Of a stretch of DNA of 64,000 nt, positions 37,950 through 50,925 are shown one piece after another (positions within the stretch are counted from its first letter, which is position 1; each line of letters begins with the position of its first letter). The DNA is from Okamejei kenojei (taxonomy: Eukaryota). The stretch is taken from positions 29,574,001-29,638,000 of the forward strand of contig CM069157.1 of NCBI GenBank assembly GCA_035221665.1. Direction: 5' to 3'. The notes below the pieces were generated by a model. The model did no database searches. It had not been told where the DNA came from and saw only the letters and a list, made by a program, of their open reading frames with translations. The position numbers and the translations under genes are program-made.

Positions 37950-39365
37950 CTTGGCTGTGCTCCTTCTTGGTTTGGGCACAAACTGAAGAGCAGAGCTCCA
38001 GCAGTGAAGACCATGTCAGGGAAGGCAGTGGAACAACTGCGATTACTTAGAGTTGGAAGACTGGGTGATGTTCCAGGAGGCGGCCACTGACATCAACAAA
38101 TACACCATGGTTATCTCCGACTTCACTGGGAAGTGTGCGGTAAAGTGTTCCCGCCAAATCAATGAGCGTTCCCCAACCAAAAATCTTGAATGAACTAAGA
38201 AGTTAGCAATCTTCTGAAGATCAGATCTCGGGCACTGAAGTCTGGCTATGCAGGTTCATACAGGAAGTTCATGTAAAGCTATCAGAAAGGCAAAAATACA
38301 TTTTTGCTCTAAATTGGAGGATGAGGCATCCTCTAATTTCAGCAGCCATGGTGGAGCTTGCATGCCATCACTTCCTACAACTGGAAACCGCATGGCAGCT
38401 CAGGTGAAAGTGAGGCATCACTCCTGATGAACTCAATGCATTCTATGACACTCGGAAAGGATAAACACTGATGTGGCTTCTCGGGCCCCATAGCATAGTA
38501 ATCTCAGTCACCGAAGCCGACATACAAAGATCCTTCATGTGGACGAATCCGCAGAAAGTGCCTGGACCCAATGATGTACCTTGCCGCATTCTCGCTTCCT
38601 GCATGAACAATCTAGCAAGAATTTTTGCAGACATCTTCAACCTCTATTGAGGTCTGAGGTTCCCACCTGCTTTAAAAAGGCATCAGTAATACTGGTGCCC
38701 AAGAATAACAAGGTGATAAGCCACAATGACTATCAACTGGTGACATTGACATCTGTGGTGAAAAATGCTTTGAGGCTCGTTAATGGCACATATCAGCTCC
38801 TACCTTAGCAAGAACTTGGACCACTTAGACAATAAGAACACTTACATCAGGCTCTTGTTTATTGACAACAACTCGGCATTCAACACCATCACTCCTTCCA
38901 AACCCGTTATAAAGCTCAGAACTGGGTGTCTGCACATTCCTATGCAATTGGATCGTTGGCTTCCCCAACAGACCATAATTGGTACGAATTGACAACACTT
39001 CCTCCTCAATCACCATTGCACGGGAGCACCTCAAGGCAGCATCATCAAGGACCCACACCAACCCAGCCACGCTTTAATTTCACTCCGACTATGGGGACGT
39101 GGTCTTGGAGTCTGAAAATCGTGACCCCCCAGATTCAAGAACAGCTTCTTCCCAACACCATCAGGCTCAACAACAGTACAAACTATGAACTGTCACAGTC
39201 GCACTATAGATTCAGGCTTTTGGCACGAATACTGGAAATTTTAATTTACTTAATTCTTTGTTTATAATGTTATGAGTACTGTTTGCAGGTCTGTTATGCC
39301 GCTGCAAAAAATAATTTTATTGTTCCCTTATCTGTACATGTTAACAATTAAACACTCCTGACTCA
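37950..39365 (+). mobile_element. Older Rex1/Babar-like LINE copy, heavily deleted
   Basis: RSEVPTCFKKASVILVPK..NDYQLVTLT and IRLLFIDNNSAFNTITPSK; collinear with 13700-15860. Confidence 0.82.
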
Positions 39366-40024
39366 TACCCAACAACATCTGCCAACCCGACAATTGGTTT
39401 TCTAAAATGTTTCCAATTCATAAACGTAGGAGCCATGTATGTACACACTGCCCAAAATGTCCTTCATATACTATTCATTGTTGCATTGATCACTTTATTC
39501 TAAGAGGCATTATATAGTTATATGGCTTTCATATTATACCTCATCCAAATTTCTGAAATGCTGTTTGCCTCAAAAATGACACATCACGGGTTGCAAGTCC
39601 TAAATGCAGCAACAGTATCCTGGTCCCTGAGTGTAACAATGAAGTGTTGCAAGTAAAAATGCTGGGTTGGTGTTGGCTGAAACTTCTTTGAAGTTAACTT
39701 TATGTCCAGGAGTATTGTCAACGGAGGAGGGTCCTTACCCACTTTAAACTTTACACAATATTGTTCAATAAAAAGAAACAAAATAATGTGACCGTGGGAG
39801 AGCTGGGGCAACACACCAGGAGTTTTGATAGATTTCCAGGTCATTAAAGAATGGTCATTAAATCTATCCTGCGACTCAGCAGATTCTACAAATAAAAGAT
39901 TAATAGCGATTCAACTTCAGTCATTATCTGAAAGCAGAAAAACAAAGTGATGTTTAGCTGACGAAGCCTTGAGCAGCTTTAACATCCTTTGCGATAAACA
40001 ATGGTGAGGATATCCGGCCATCAG

Positions 40025-40340
40025 CAGGGGCGCAGTGGTAGAGTTGCTGCCTGACCTAACCAGAGTTCAGGGTTCGATCCCGACTATCCCGATCCGAGTG
40101 CTGTCAGTACGGAGTTTGTACGTTCTCCCTGTGACTGTGTGGGTTTTCTCCGGGTGCTCCGGTTTCCTCCCACACTCCAAAGATGTACAGGTTTGTAGGC
40201 TAATTGGCTTTGGTAGAAAAATTGTAAATTGTCCCCAGTGTGTAGGACAGTGCTAGCGTAGGGGGAGACTGCTGACCGACGTGGACTCGGCGGGTCGAAG
40301 GGCCTGTTTCCACAATGTATCTTTAAAAGTCTAAAAGTCA
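40025..40340 (+). mobile_element. tRNA-derived SINE (HE1-like)
   Basis: ggcgcagtggtagagttgctgcct...gggttcgatccc; ccgggtgctccggtttcctcccacactccaaaga. Confidence 0.88.
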
Positions 40341-40899
40341 AAAGAGCCCCAGCTCATTTACATCGAATGTTTCAGAGACTATTTTCTGCCACCATATTTC
40401 TTGTATTTACTGCCTCCCTGCAAGGTGATTATGCAGGTTTCTCATTCTCCAAACATATTAAAAATGAGCCACGGCTGGCCTCGAAGATTCCAGCATTTAC
40501 AGCAGACTCATCACCCTACTCCTTGTCCTGCCAAAATGATCACTCATTTTCCTGGACCATTATCAAACTCAGCATGTGTCCCTAATCTTCTCACTACACA
40601 CTTAACACTTTCCCCATTCTTTCCATTACAATCTGATGTAACATACAATCCACCTCCAGCTGTAACGGTTTGGGTAGTACATTTATTTTATCTACATTAA
40701 AGATTGTTCATTGATACAGGAGGATTTAATTGATGGCCAATGTCTGAACATTCACCTGTTTTAACTTTCATTAAATGTATACACTTTACTAATAGATATA
40801 GCTTGCCATAATTGCTTGGGGGACCTGTAATATTTACTACTGCTAGACAGCTTTCACACAAACCTATTTTGCACAAAATAATGCCATATAACAACAGCA

Positions 40900-41730
40900 A
40901 TCTCCAAGATGGTAATATGGAACATGGAGAATATGGTGCTTACGCTCTGGTGAAAAATAACTTGGTAACTTGATCACAAGTACAAATGGCAATGGAATTA
41001 TAGTGGAAATTAAACTTTTTAAGTGAAGGAATTACAGGAATGCATTGATTAGGACCATTCCTCAATTAACATGTTCCAGTAAGGAGGAGGGATAAAGATG
41101 GTAAAGTAAGGATACCTTGAATCACCAAAGTGGTTGTAAATTTGGACCAGACTAATTATAAAATTGGTATCAGACAGGGCCTTTGCGTAATATATAGAAA
41201 GGAGGAAAGAACTCATGTGAGCGATATGGAGGGCTAAAGGGGCCTCAAAATGACTTGTGAGTCGGCATAAAGAAATTCCCAAAGTTTATTAAAACAAGAG
41301 AATAACCAGAGAGAAGGTAGGACACAAGGATAAATGAGGGAAGAAGGCTGGTGGGGGTGGAGGCGAGGTATTATACTTTCCATCTGTTTTCACCAAGGAC
41401 ATGGAGGTCAGTGAGATCAGGGGGAATACCTGCAAGGACAGTTAGAGATAAAGGAGGAGATAGTGTTGTGAATTTAAGTGCATGAACGTAGATAAATCTG
41501 CAGGAGCTGATGGGAAACATCCCAGGTTATTGAGAAGGAAGGGTAAGAGACGAGACTGTGGGAGACTTGACTCATATTTTTGTGTCTGCTCTAACAACAG
41601 GTGAGGTCACAGAGAACTGGATAGTAGCTAATTTTATTCCTTTAAGAAGGGAAGTAAAGTGAATCCATGGAATTATTGGCCGGTGAGCCTTACGTCAGTG
41701 GTAGGGAAGCTACGGGAGAGGATTCTTCGA
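40900..41730 (+). mobile_element. Old decayed CR1 fragment
   Basis: tctgttttcaccaagga..., gataaatctgcaggagctgatgg, tttaagaagggaagtaaag..aattattggccggtgagccttacgtcagtggtagggaagc (a KKG..NYRPVSLTSVVGK-like region). Confidence 0.65.
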
Positions 41731-44700
41731 CCCACACACTTGAGTTTGCTCAAAACATGTCCAACTTCATTACTCCAAACTTCTCTTTTGGACTGGGATT
41801 CAGGTTACTTGTGCTAATCTCACATCAGCTCATCAAATTTTGCCAATGAAACTTACTGAAGAATCCTGGAGTGTTTAATTATATACAAGACACTATAAAT
41901 ACATATTGTTACAAAGTGACTTTTCAAGATGAATAGGTGAGCAAAGTGGAAAATGTAGGCAGAAGCGTCCATAGTGCAAGAGGTAGCTGAAGTTTCTGTC
42001 ATTCGATGAGGGCTTGGAAACTGAGGATAAGATGGAAAAAGTAGAAGACACCACTTTGGGAGAGGGAAACAATGCCAAAGAGCATTTCTAAATCAGGAGG
42101 ATGATGATCCTGAAATCAACATGTTGAGAACAGGATCTTATTCTCCTTAGGCATTCATCCAGGACTGAGAATCATTTACTTCTGATGTGAGTAATGAGAC
42201 CAATGTGCCAATGACAGATGGAGCAGATGGTGAAAGGAAATCAGAAAAGGAAAGAAAATGTACTAAAAGATGGTAACCAAACATGTTTTAAGCTTTAGAA
42301 AAGTGTGAAGGGTGGCAAGAACAAACGAAATGTCTGCAGTGTGGAGAAGAGCCAGGACGACAAAATGTTTGAACAGGCAATCTGCTGGAGGAACTCAGCA
42401 GTTCATGCAACATCTGTGGGCAGGGAGTGAAAGAGGAATTATCAATTGTAAATGTTAAATAAAAACCCCGAATCAAAGATATGCGGAGAGGGAATATTTA
42501 GCCAGTATAACAAGAAGAGGGGAAGTACTGAGACCGGGCCAGTAGGAGGGGAGGGTGAAAGTAGAGGTAGCTAGGTAGTTAAGCAGGAACACAAAGACGA
42601 CCAGTGATGCAACTTGATAAGTAAGGAAATTCATAGTGAGAACTTTTAGGGGAGCAGCAAATGGTACATAAAACCCAAAGTTGGCGAGGAAGGAGCAGCG
42701 GAGCCAGTTAGTGAAATGCATGTGAAGGAGGTGGATAGAACCAAGATGCAGAGAGAAATGAAAAAAAGGAGTGGGTGTGAGAAAGTAAGAGAGGAAAGAG
42801 TAGAAATATGTATGCTTTCATATTTCCCTCACTTCAAGAACAAGAATGCAAATGTAGAATGTTTTTTTGTCTCTAATCTTTCTCACTTTACTCCACATAA
42901 GTGCAAAACATTCTGCAAAGAGTCTTTAATCTGGTGACTCTTGCACAGCCCATTTACGTTAATATATTTGGAACAGCATTCATTAACTGAAAACAGTAAA
43001 TAATGCAAGTTAAATAGAATGCTTTCACATTGAAAGTCTAGTTTGCTGGAACTTTGCTAACCAACATTTGAGAGCTGGCATTTTGGATATTAGGTACATG
43101 TCAAACAACAGTTTTTATAACACATTGTAAAGAAGCAGTATTTGCAGAAATTCAAAGATTCAGCATTAAGCCAATGTTCCACTTCAGAAATTGGCTGCTT
43201 CCAACACACCATTAAAAACTTTAAGTTCCCTATTCACAAAATAAATCCATTGGGAACATTTTAATTACCAGGCCAGATGAAAGACAGAATCAAAACCAAT
43301 GCAGAAAAAATTGGAGAAAATTAAAATTCACCCATGAAATTTTATAGATGCTTCAATTATAAAATGTGAATAACATTTTTTTTTTAAACCCAGACACATA
43401 ATGACCACTTTGGAAAATGCTGGCATAATAGATGTGCTTTTGGGATCCATCCAGATTCAAGAGTTTAAATCCCACCAAGGCAGCTGAGGAATTTAAAGTA
43501 GCTAAATATGGAGTTAAATACCTGGCAGCAGCAATGATAACCCCAAAACTTCCTTTAGAGAAGATTTTTTTTAAATCTGGTCTGGCCTCTTGAATAAGTT
43601 CCAGTAATGCAGTTAATTCAAACTGCCTCTGAAAATACCTTGGAAACCATCCAATTTAATGACAATTAAGGATGACATATATAAACTTTGCAAATACTGG
43701 TCACAGTTTAAAATAATTTTTAGAATCCATTCATATCGGTTGTAGTCACGGGTGTAGTCCAAGCTGTGCATTCTGGAGTACTGATGATTATGGATATAGA
43801 GCCTTCCACAGGTATAGAGCCTCCATGCGAAAGAGAATCAGTAATCATAATCTTATACTATCTTACCCTACTGACACCAGTCCTATATTACACACAAGAT
43901 ATATTTTGTTAGATGCTTGCGATTGAAGGATAAACTTTATCCAACATATACACCAACATGTTAAAGCAGGAGACCAGCATCTACCAAATATTATCTGAGC
44001 ATCAACGCTGCAAGTACCTGGTAACCCTCATTAGGAGAATTGCATTGCTAGAAAAATGTATTGTGATCTTCCGCAAAATCATATTTGTCATTGAATTCCA
44101 TGTACAAGTAGGGATGTGTTCCTATGGGATGATATTCTCTTGTGTGGAAGATCACCTAAGAGATTGTCTTGTCAGATTGCAAAGCAAATCTCTCACAGCT
44201 GCATTTGAAGACACGAGTAAGTAACTGCAGGTGCTCATCACCTTACAGCCTTCAGTTGGAATAGGGACATACACTTTTAAATGCATGTCAGAACAGTGGT
44301 TGTTTAGGCGTACAGCTTGCACTTAAACTTGCTGGCGCTGTTTCAAACATCGTAAGCATAAATAACATGGGACAAAACTGTTAAACAAAGTGAACCTATC
44401 ATTCTAAAATAAACCCACATTATGAGTGCATTCTTCAAGTAGAAAGTTAAAAAGTACAAAAATGAAATGTTTGCTTTGCATTTTTCCCCACAGAATTTTG
44501 GGTAGTGATTGGTGACTTTCCATAACACGAACAGCTTTAAAGTGGGGGTTTGCCTGCATTACTTTGCACCATGCCCAGACGACCAATGTATTGCAACATT
44601 TTCTATGAGAGGAGAAATTTACTGAACTATTCTACACTGTTTTTTCCAAATATCTCCAACCCCACCCAAAGGCTGGAATAGGTAGGTTAAAATTACGAAG

Positions 44701-45169
44701 GAACTGAACCCACAGATGGCTGTAATTAAATATGATTCACCTTTGAGCACAATAGTAACTTGCACCAAATATAGAGCATTGGCCTTAAGCTAAATTCATA
44801 TTTCCACAAGATTCTGGTACAGATGGGAAATTGAGGAATAATTTACGAGAAATTTCAGAGAACCTGTATTAGATTACACCATCTAAAATATGCACATACG
44901 TGCCATAGACTAATCAAGAGGAAAAATAACTAGATCTACTCCCTCCACCTATTTATATGTGTTTTTGCAGTTAAAAAATGCACTGCTGATCCATGTGAGT
45001 TAGTTACGATACGATAGAACTTTATTTGTCCCAGGAGGGAAATTACATGATAAATCAAGAGGCAATGGCAATGCGAGTACCATAGTAAACTAACGTTAGT
45101 AAATAAACAAAGTTAGTTACTTTTGTAAGTGTATTTTGCCCACTTACTTGCCTATCTGTCCACTGCCTA

Positions 45170-46090
45170 TCTAACACATTGCCTCATTTGTACCATGGAC
45201 ATCCAGTCCCTTTACACCTCCACCCCCGACCTGAAGGCCCTCCAGTTCTTCCTGAACCAGAGACCTAATCAGATTCCCCCGATTAACACTCTACTTTGCT
45301 TGGTGGAATTTGTTCTCAGCCTCAACAACTACTCGGATTTCTCTCACTTTCTTCAAGTTAAATATGTTGTTATGGGCACTTGCATGGGTCCCAGCTATAT
45401 CTGACTTTTTGTTGGTTATCTCGAACAGTCCTTGTACAAAAGTACATTGGCACCATCCCCCAACACTTTCTCCACTACATTGCTGACTGCATTGGGCTAC
45501 CTCCAGCACCCGTGCAGAACTCAATGATATATTTAATTTTATCACTAACTTTCACCCTGCACTCAAGTTCACTTGGACTATCTGACAACAAGCTCCCATT
45601 TCTTGATCTGTCTCCATCACGGCGGTGAGACTATCCACTGATGTCTACCAACTCCCAGTTATCTGGGCTCCACCTCTTCCCACCCGGCCTCTTGCAAAGA
45701 CGCTATCTCCTATTCTCAAATTCTCAGTTCCTGCCACATCTGCTCCCACAATGAGGCTATCCCGTCTAAGACATCCAAGATGTCCTCTTTCTTTAGTAAA
45801 AATGGATTCCCCTGCTCTCATAGATGGAACACTCACCAGTGTCTCCTGTGTCCTGTAGTTCTCCTCTCCCTCCCAGATATAACATGATAAGAGTTCCCAT
45901 GGTCCTCATCTTTCATCCGACCAGCCTCCATATTCAACACATCATCCTCCGACATTCCTGCCACCTTCAACGCAATCACACCACCACCCAGTTGAAGAAG
46001 GGTCTCGAGCCACAATGTCCCCCATCCATATTTTCCAGAGATGCTGCCTGACCTGCTCAGTTACTCCAGCAGTTTGTGTCTTATTTTGTA
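45170..46090 (+). mobile_element. Penelope-like element (PLE): decayed RT fragment plus terminal repeat
   Basis: TMDIQSLYTS, FLQVKYVVMGTCMGPSY, LFVGYLEQSL, YIADCIG and LPFLDLS match PLE RT motifs (MDV.SLYT; GVAMG..MGPSYA; YIDD; LPFLD). It ends in the gaagaagggtctcga...gatgctgcctgacctgctcagttactccagc terminal repeat. Confidence 0.82.
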
Positions 46091-46373
46091 TCTTCAAGGT
46101 AGGTTTAATTGGCAAACAAATCAAAACTATATATTTTTTAAATTAAAGAGATAAACAGAAAAAGCTTAAGCAGAAAACAGTAAATATTTAGAATTTCTGC
46201 ACACATGGACTTTCCAAAAAATTGATTCAACAATACATGCCAAACATGAAAATGTTTGAGGCACCCAGACAAACTCCACATCAAATCCAAATCAAACAAT
46301 GGGATGTGCATGAAGCCAGAGTTACAAGAGAAGGGCGCAGAATTTATAACATGCACGCAATTCATTTAAGGTT

Positions 46374-46670
46374 GAAGGTAGACACAAAACGCTGGAATAA
46401 CTCAGGACAGACAGTATCTCTGGAGAGAAGGAATGGGTGACCTTGAAGAAGGGCCTCGACCCGAAAAGTTCAGTCTGAAGAAGGGTCTCGACCCAAAACG
46501 TTACCCATTCCTTCTCTCCAGAGATCACACCACCAGCCAGTTGAAGAAGGGTCTCGAGCCACAATGTCACCCATCCATATTTTGCAGAGATGCTGCCTGT
46601 CCCACTGAGTTACTCCAGTATTTTGTGTCTACCTTCGATTTAAACCAGCATCTGCAGTTCTTTCCTACAC
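46374..46670. mobile_element. Composite Penelope-derived insertion with tandem hammerhead-like units and a 14-bp TSD
   Basis: Flanked by attcatttaaggtt at 46360-46373 and 46671-46684; contains three TGAAGAAGGG.CTCGA units. Confidence 0.82.
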
Positions 46671-48549
46671 ATTCATTTAAGGTTCATTGTTTCCAGATAC
46701 ATAGACTACAAAATTTACAACTTAAAAAAGAATATTCATGTATGCATGCAAGATGGGGAGAATTCACACACACACACTGAACTTTGTTTAAATAGGTCAG
46801 CAAATTCTCTCTTGGGGGCGAATGCGGGGGAAGGGAACAGTTTGGACAGGAAGGAAAGAACTAGACGTAATTACATCACTCAGTGCAGTCACATTTTAGT
46901 CACTATTTGTTTCACATTTAAAACAAAGTGAAACATTATACCGAGCCATAGATTCTAGGTTTGATCAATGGGTGATGCAGATGAGTCATGTAGTGGAGCT
47001 ATCAGAATAGGTCCATTTCCTCCGATAATAAGATGGCAGTACTACCACACAAGCTCCCTGATCACATAACCTTGATCCAAGCAGCCATGGGGTTTAACAC
47101 AATCACTGGATTATTACTCCACATCTCTACACCCACGCTGCTCTTTCTCCCAACCTCACAACACCAACTCCATTCCATTAAGTATCCATTGTTTAGAGGC
47201 AGCCCAGAAAAAAAAACACTGTTAAATACTTTTTCTGTGATGTCAATGCCACTTATAGTTTTAATAACTACATTGAGGGGTAGGAGATAGGGAAATGGAG
47301 ACAATATATACCGATAAGTGTGGTATTAAAATTGATTTTCAACAACGAACAGCCAAATGTCACCGTGTTGGACCTACTTTCTTTAGAGCAAGCATTTTTC
47401 CAAAGTTAATTTAAATTTCACACTTTCCAGATTAAAAATAAATCTTTAATTGCCTTCAGAAGGGGGACAGAGATCCCATGTTGTTATTCAGTTAACTAAA
47501 AATAATAGATTACCGCTCTTTCAGATATACTCCACCACTTCAAAGTTTCCATCAGTAAAAGTAGAACTTTGGGGAAAATCCAAGCAGTCAGGGGACAGAG
47601 AGGGAGTAAAGAAAGTAAAATAACAGGAAACATTTCCCAGCAAAGAGCTCAGTCTGAAGACATTGTTTGTCTACATCAAAGTCACGGAGTCACATTCAGT
47701 GTGTGAACTGCTTTGAAATATTTCAACAAGGCTTTGACAGGAAGCTTCAAGTTCATGGGCCCACCCAAAAAAACCACAGCAGAAATATGTTTGACAAAAT
47801 TTGCTGTGTCAAGAAAAAAAAAAGTGCATTACTGGGGGGAACAAGGCAAATCATTGTTGGGAACAGGACCTTTCTACTTTTATACCAAAGAATCTTCAAA
47901 GTTTTAATGGAAATAAATCAAAGCAATAATTCAATTCCGGGCCCAGAAGACCATCCTGAAGCCCTTGTAGCTATTCCTGACATACCTCTGGCTGTTGGTG
48001 CTACACATGCACTGAGGAATAGTATGAGCCAGAAGTCTTGTTGACAACTATGGTCATGTCTGCCAACACTTTTGCATAAGGAGTTTCCTTATCAAAGCAC
48101 TAGCAAACAAGAACGGGCATCTAATTGCTCATCTTCTGATCAGCTTGTTGGCAATATCACCAATTCTACCAAGACACACTGCTGAGATTGGCAGCAAAAA
48201 TCTGAAACAGAGCACTTGGTGTCTGAGATAGGTGGGAGCATGCATTTGGTGTTCATAGTGCCACAAATGTTACCAGTTAATAAGTTCCTGGTTTCCCCAT
48301 CTCAGGCACTTTGCCGAGACGGAATCCTGTCGTTAATTAATACGAGCCATACCATATTTTTCAAATAGTCCTGTTGGCTATGTTGCAATTTTCCTTAACT
48401 TAATGCCGATGATCTAAGCATGCAACAAGAAACCAGAGTTGGGAAAAGTGTTTATATATCTTTTTTACCCCCCACATAAAGTTTGTAAGAGCTAATGTGT
48501 TTAGTCTGTATCTCAGATTTATGCATAGTGAATTCTGTAAGGGTGAATT

Positions 48550-48920
48550 TCCATTACGCAAACAGCCAAGAGAGACTAAATAGTTTGGGCCTTTATCCCT
48601 TTGAGTTTAGAAGATGGAGGGCTGACTTTGTTCAAACACGAGGGAGGTGTTTTACTAGTGAAGTAGACTCGAACAAGGGGCAGATCCTTTAAAAATGTTT
48701 ATTGAAATTTATTTTCACAGGAGGAGTGAATATCTGGAATGTTCTGTCCCAGCAGGTGATGCACCAGAAGTATTTGAAGTCGAGGTGGATAAATGTTCGA
48801 CAGGCCGAGGAACAGAAGAACAATGGGAAATGGTACAGAAGAGGAGTCAAGTTTACCACTGATCGGCTAGGAACAGATTAAATGGTGGGGCAGACTTGAA
48901 GGCCAACCTTGTGTTCTCGT
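48550..48920 (+). mobile_element. Old CR1 3' remnant
   Basis: QERLNSLGLYPFEFRRWRADFVQT resembles CR1 ERL..LGLYSLEFRR.RGDLIET. Confidence 0.65.
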
Positions 48921-49609
48921 GTACACTGCAACAAGAGATTCTCACTTCGATCCCAACTTGCTTAAATTAATCTCGACATTGAGAACTCGGATTACTTCCC
49001 TTTCCCTCACAGCAATAATGTACACACAGTGCGCATAGGACATTCACGAACACTTTATCAAAAATTACAAAGTATGAGCAGGCCTTGTCATATTACACAC
49101 TTTACTCAACATGAATCACAAAAATATGGTTTCATCAAATTACATTGTCTGTTTATAATGAATACTGGAAGAGACACGCCCTTTGGATGACAACATAAAC
49201 TTTAACCTTACAACTTCCTCATTAAAGCAGCACTCCCTTTTCCCGACTTTCTCCAGCCTCTCGCTACATACAAGAATGCAAATCAGTAACCTGCAATTGC
49301 ACTCTGACAATTCATGTTTTTAGTGCTTTCTTCCAGGATCCAACCCCCCCCCCCCCACCATGATCAGTCCGAAGGGAAATGACCAAACATCATCTATCCA
49401 TGTTTTCCAGGGATGTTGCCTGACCCACGGAGTTACTCCAGCACTTAACCTTTTTTGTAAATCAGTATTTGCAATTACTTGCGTCGAGACGTTTTTAAAT
49501 TCATGCTTTCAAAAGATCACTTGCATGCTTCAATACTAAGATTTTTAATGAAGCATTACTAAATTAAAATGGTTTGCATTAACCCATTTAAATGGTTGTG
49601 GTTAGAAGC

Positions 49610-50060
49610 AAAGTAACACAGTGGGCATCACTGTGGTGCAACTATAGAGCTGTTACCTCATCGCGCCAGACCTCAGGTGCGGTCTGTGTGGAGTTTATAC
49701 TCACTCCCTGTGACTGTGTGGGTTTCCTCAAATGCTCCAGTTTCCTCCCATATCCCAAAGACATGCAGGTTTGTAGGCCAATTGGTCTCTGTAAATTGCC
49801 ACAAGTGTGCAAGGAGTGGACGCAAAATGGGGCAACACAGAACTAACGTGGGTACACAAAATGCTGGAGAAACTCAGCGGGTGCAGCAGCATCTATGGAG
49901 CGAAGGAGATAGGCAACGTTTCGGGCCGAAATCCTTCTTCAGACCCTTCTTCTTCAGCATTTTGCGTACTCTCGATTTTCCAGCAACTGCAGTTCCTTCT
50001 TTAACATAGAACTAACGTGAACAGGTGGTTTTGGTGGCCAAGGGACACTTCCATGCCCTC
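49610..50060 (+). mobile_element. tRNA-derived SINE interrupted by a Penelope-derived insertion (49851-50002)
   Basis: SINE body gtgtggagttt...ctccagtttcctcccatatcccaaagac. The insertion is flanked by the 17-bp duplication aaca(c/t)agaactaacgtg (49834-49850 and 50003-50019). Confidence 0.82.
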
Positions 50061-50304
50061 TCCTTCAATCAATCAATCTATCATTGAATCAATTCAATAC
50101 TTCATCTCTCTGCATACACTGATTTCAATCTTTGTGAATAAGACATTTATTCTGTGTTAGACAGGACAGCGGGTTTCACAGCAAGCAATTATCATTCATG
50201 TCGAAGTGTGAAAATCTGATCTGTTTAAAGCAACATTATAAATGACAGAATAGGTAGGAGCACAAATTTTGAAATGGCAGATAGTGCTTAAAATCAGTTA
50301 TGGT

Positions 50305-50925
50305 CAACAGTCAAGAGTGTTTTATTGTCATATGTCCCAGATAGAACAATGAAATTTTTACTTGCTGCAGCACAACAGAATATGTAAACAGAGTACACTG
50401 TGAACAATATAATACGAGAGANNNNNNNNNNNNNNNNNNNNNNNNNNNNNNNNNNNNNNNNNNNNNNNNNNNNNNNNNNNNNNNNNNNNNNNNNNNNNNN
50501 NNNNNNNNNNNNNNNNNNNNNNNNNNNNNNNNNNNNNNNNNNNNNNNNNNNNNNNNNNNNNNNNNNNNNNNNNNNNNNNNNNNNNNNNNNNNNNNNNNNN
50601 NNNNNNNNNNNNNNNNNNNNNNNNNNNNNNNNACAATAGTGGTATTATAATAATAATAATCTATTGTAGTTCAGAGCTTATTTGGGGTTGTAGTGTTTAA
50701 AAGCCTGAAGGCTGTAGTGAAGCTGTTCCTGAACCTGGATGTCACAGTTCTCAGGCTCCCGTACCTTCTTCCTGATGGCAGGGATGAAATGAGTGTGTGG
50801 CCAGGATGGTGTGGGTCTCTGATGATGTTGGGTGTCTTTTTGAGCAAGCAACTCCGGTAAGTCCCTGCGATGGTGGGTATGTCAGAGCCGGTGATGGACT
50901 GGGCAGTGTTCATAACTTTTTGCAT
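50305..50925 (-). mobile_element. Rex1/Babar-like LINE 3' fragment spanning an assembly gap
   Basis: ORF 50671..50925 [33 protein letters not shown]; reverse tail caagagtgttttattgtca at about 50312. Confidence 0.85.
50422..50632. other. Assembly gap (211 N)
   Basis: Run of N. Confidence 0.99.

Noticed and set aside
50358-50639. ORFs made of X residues
   Set aside because: Artefact of the N gap.
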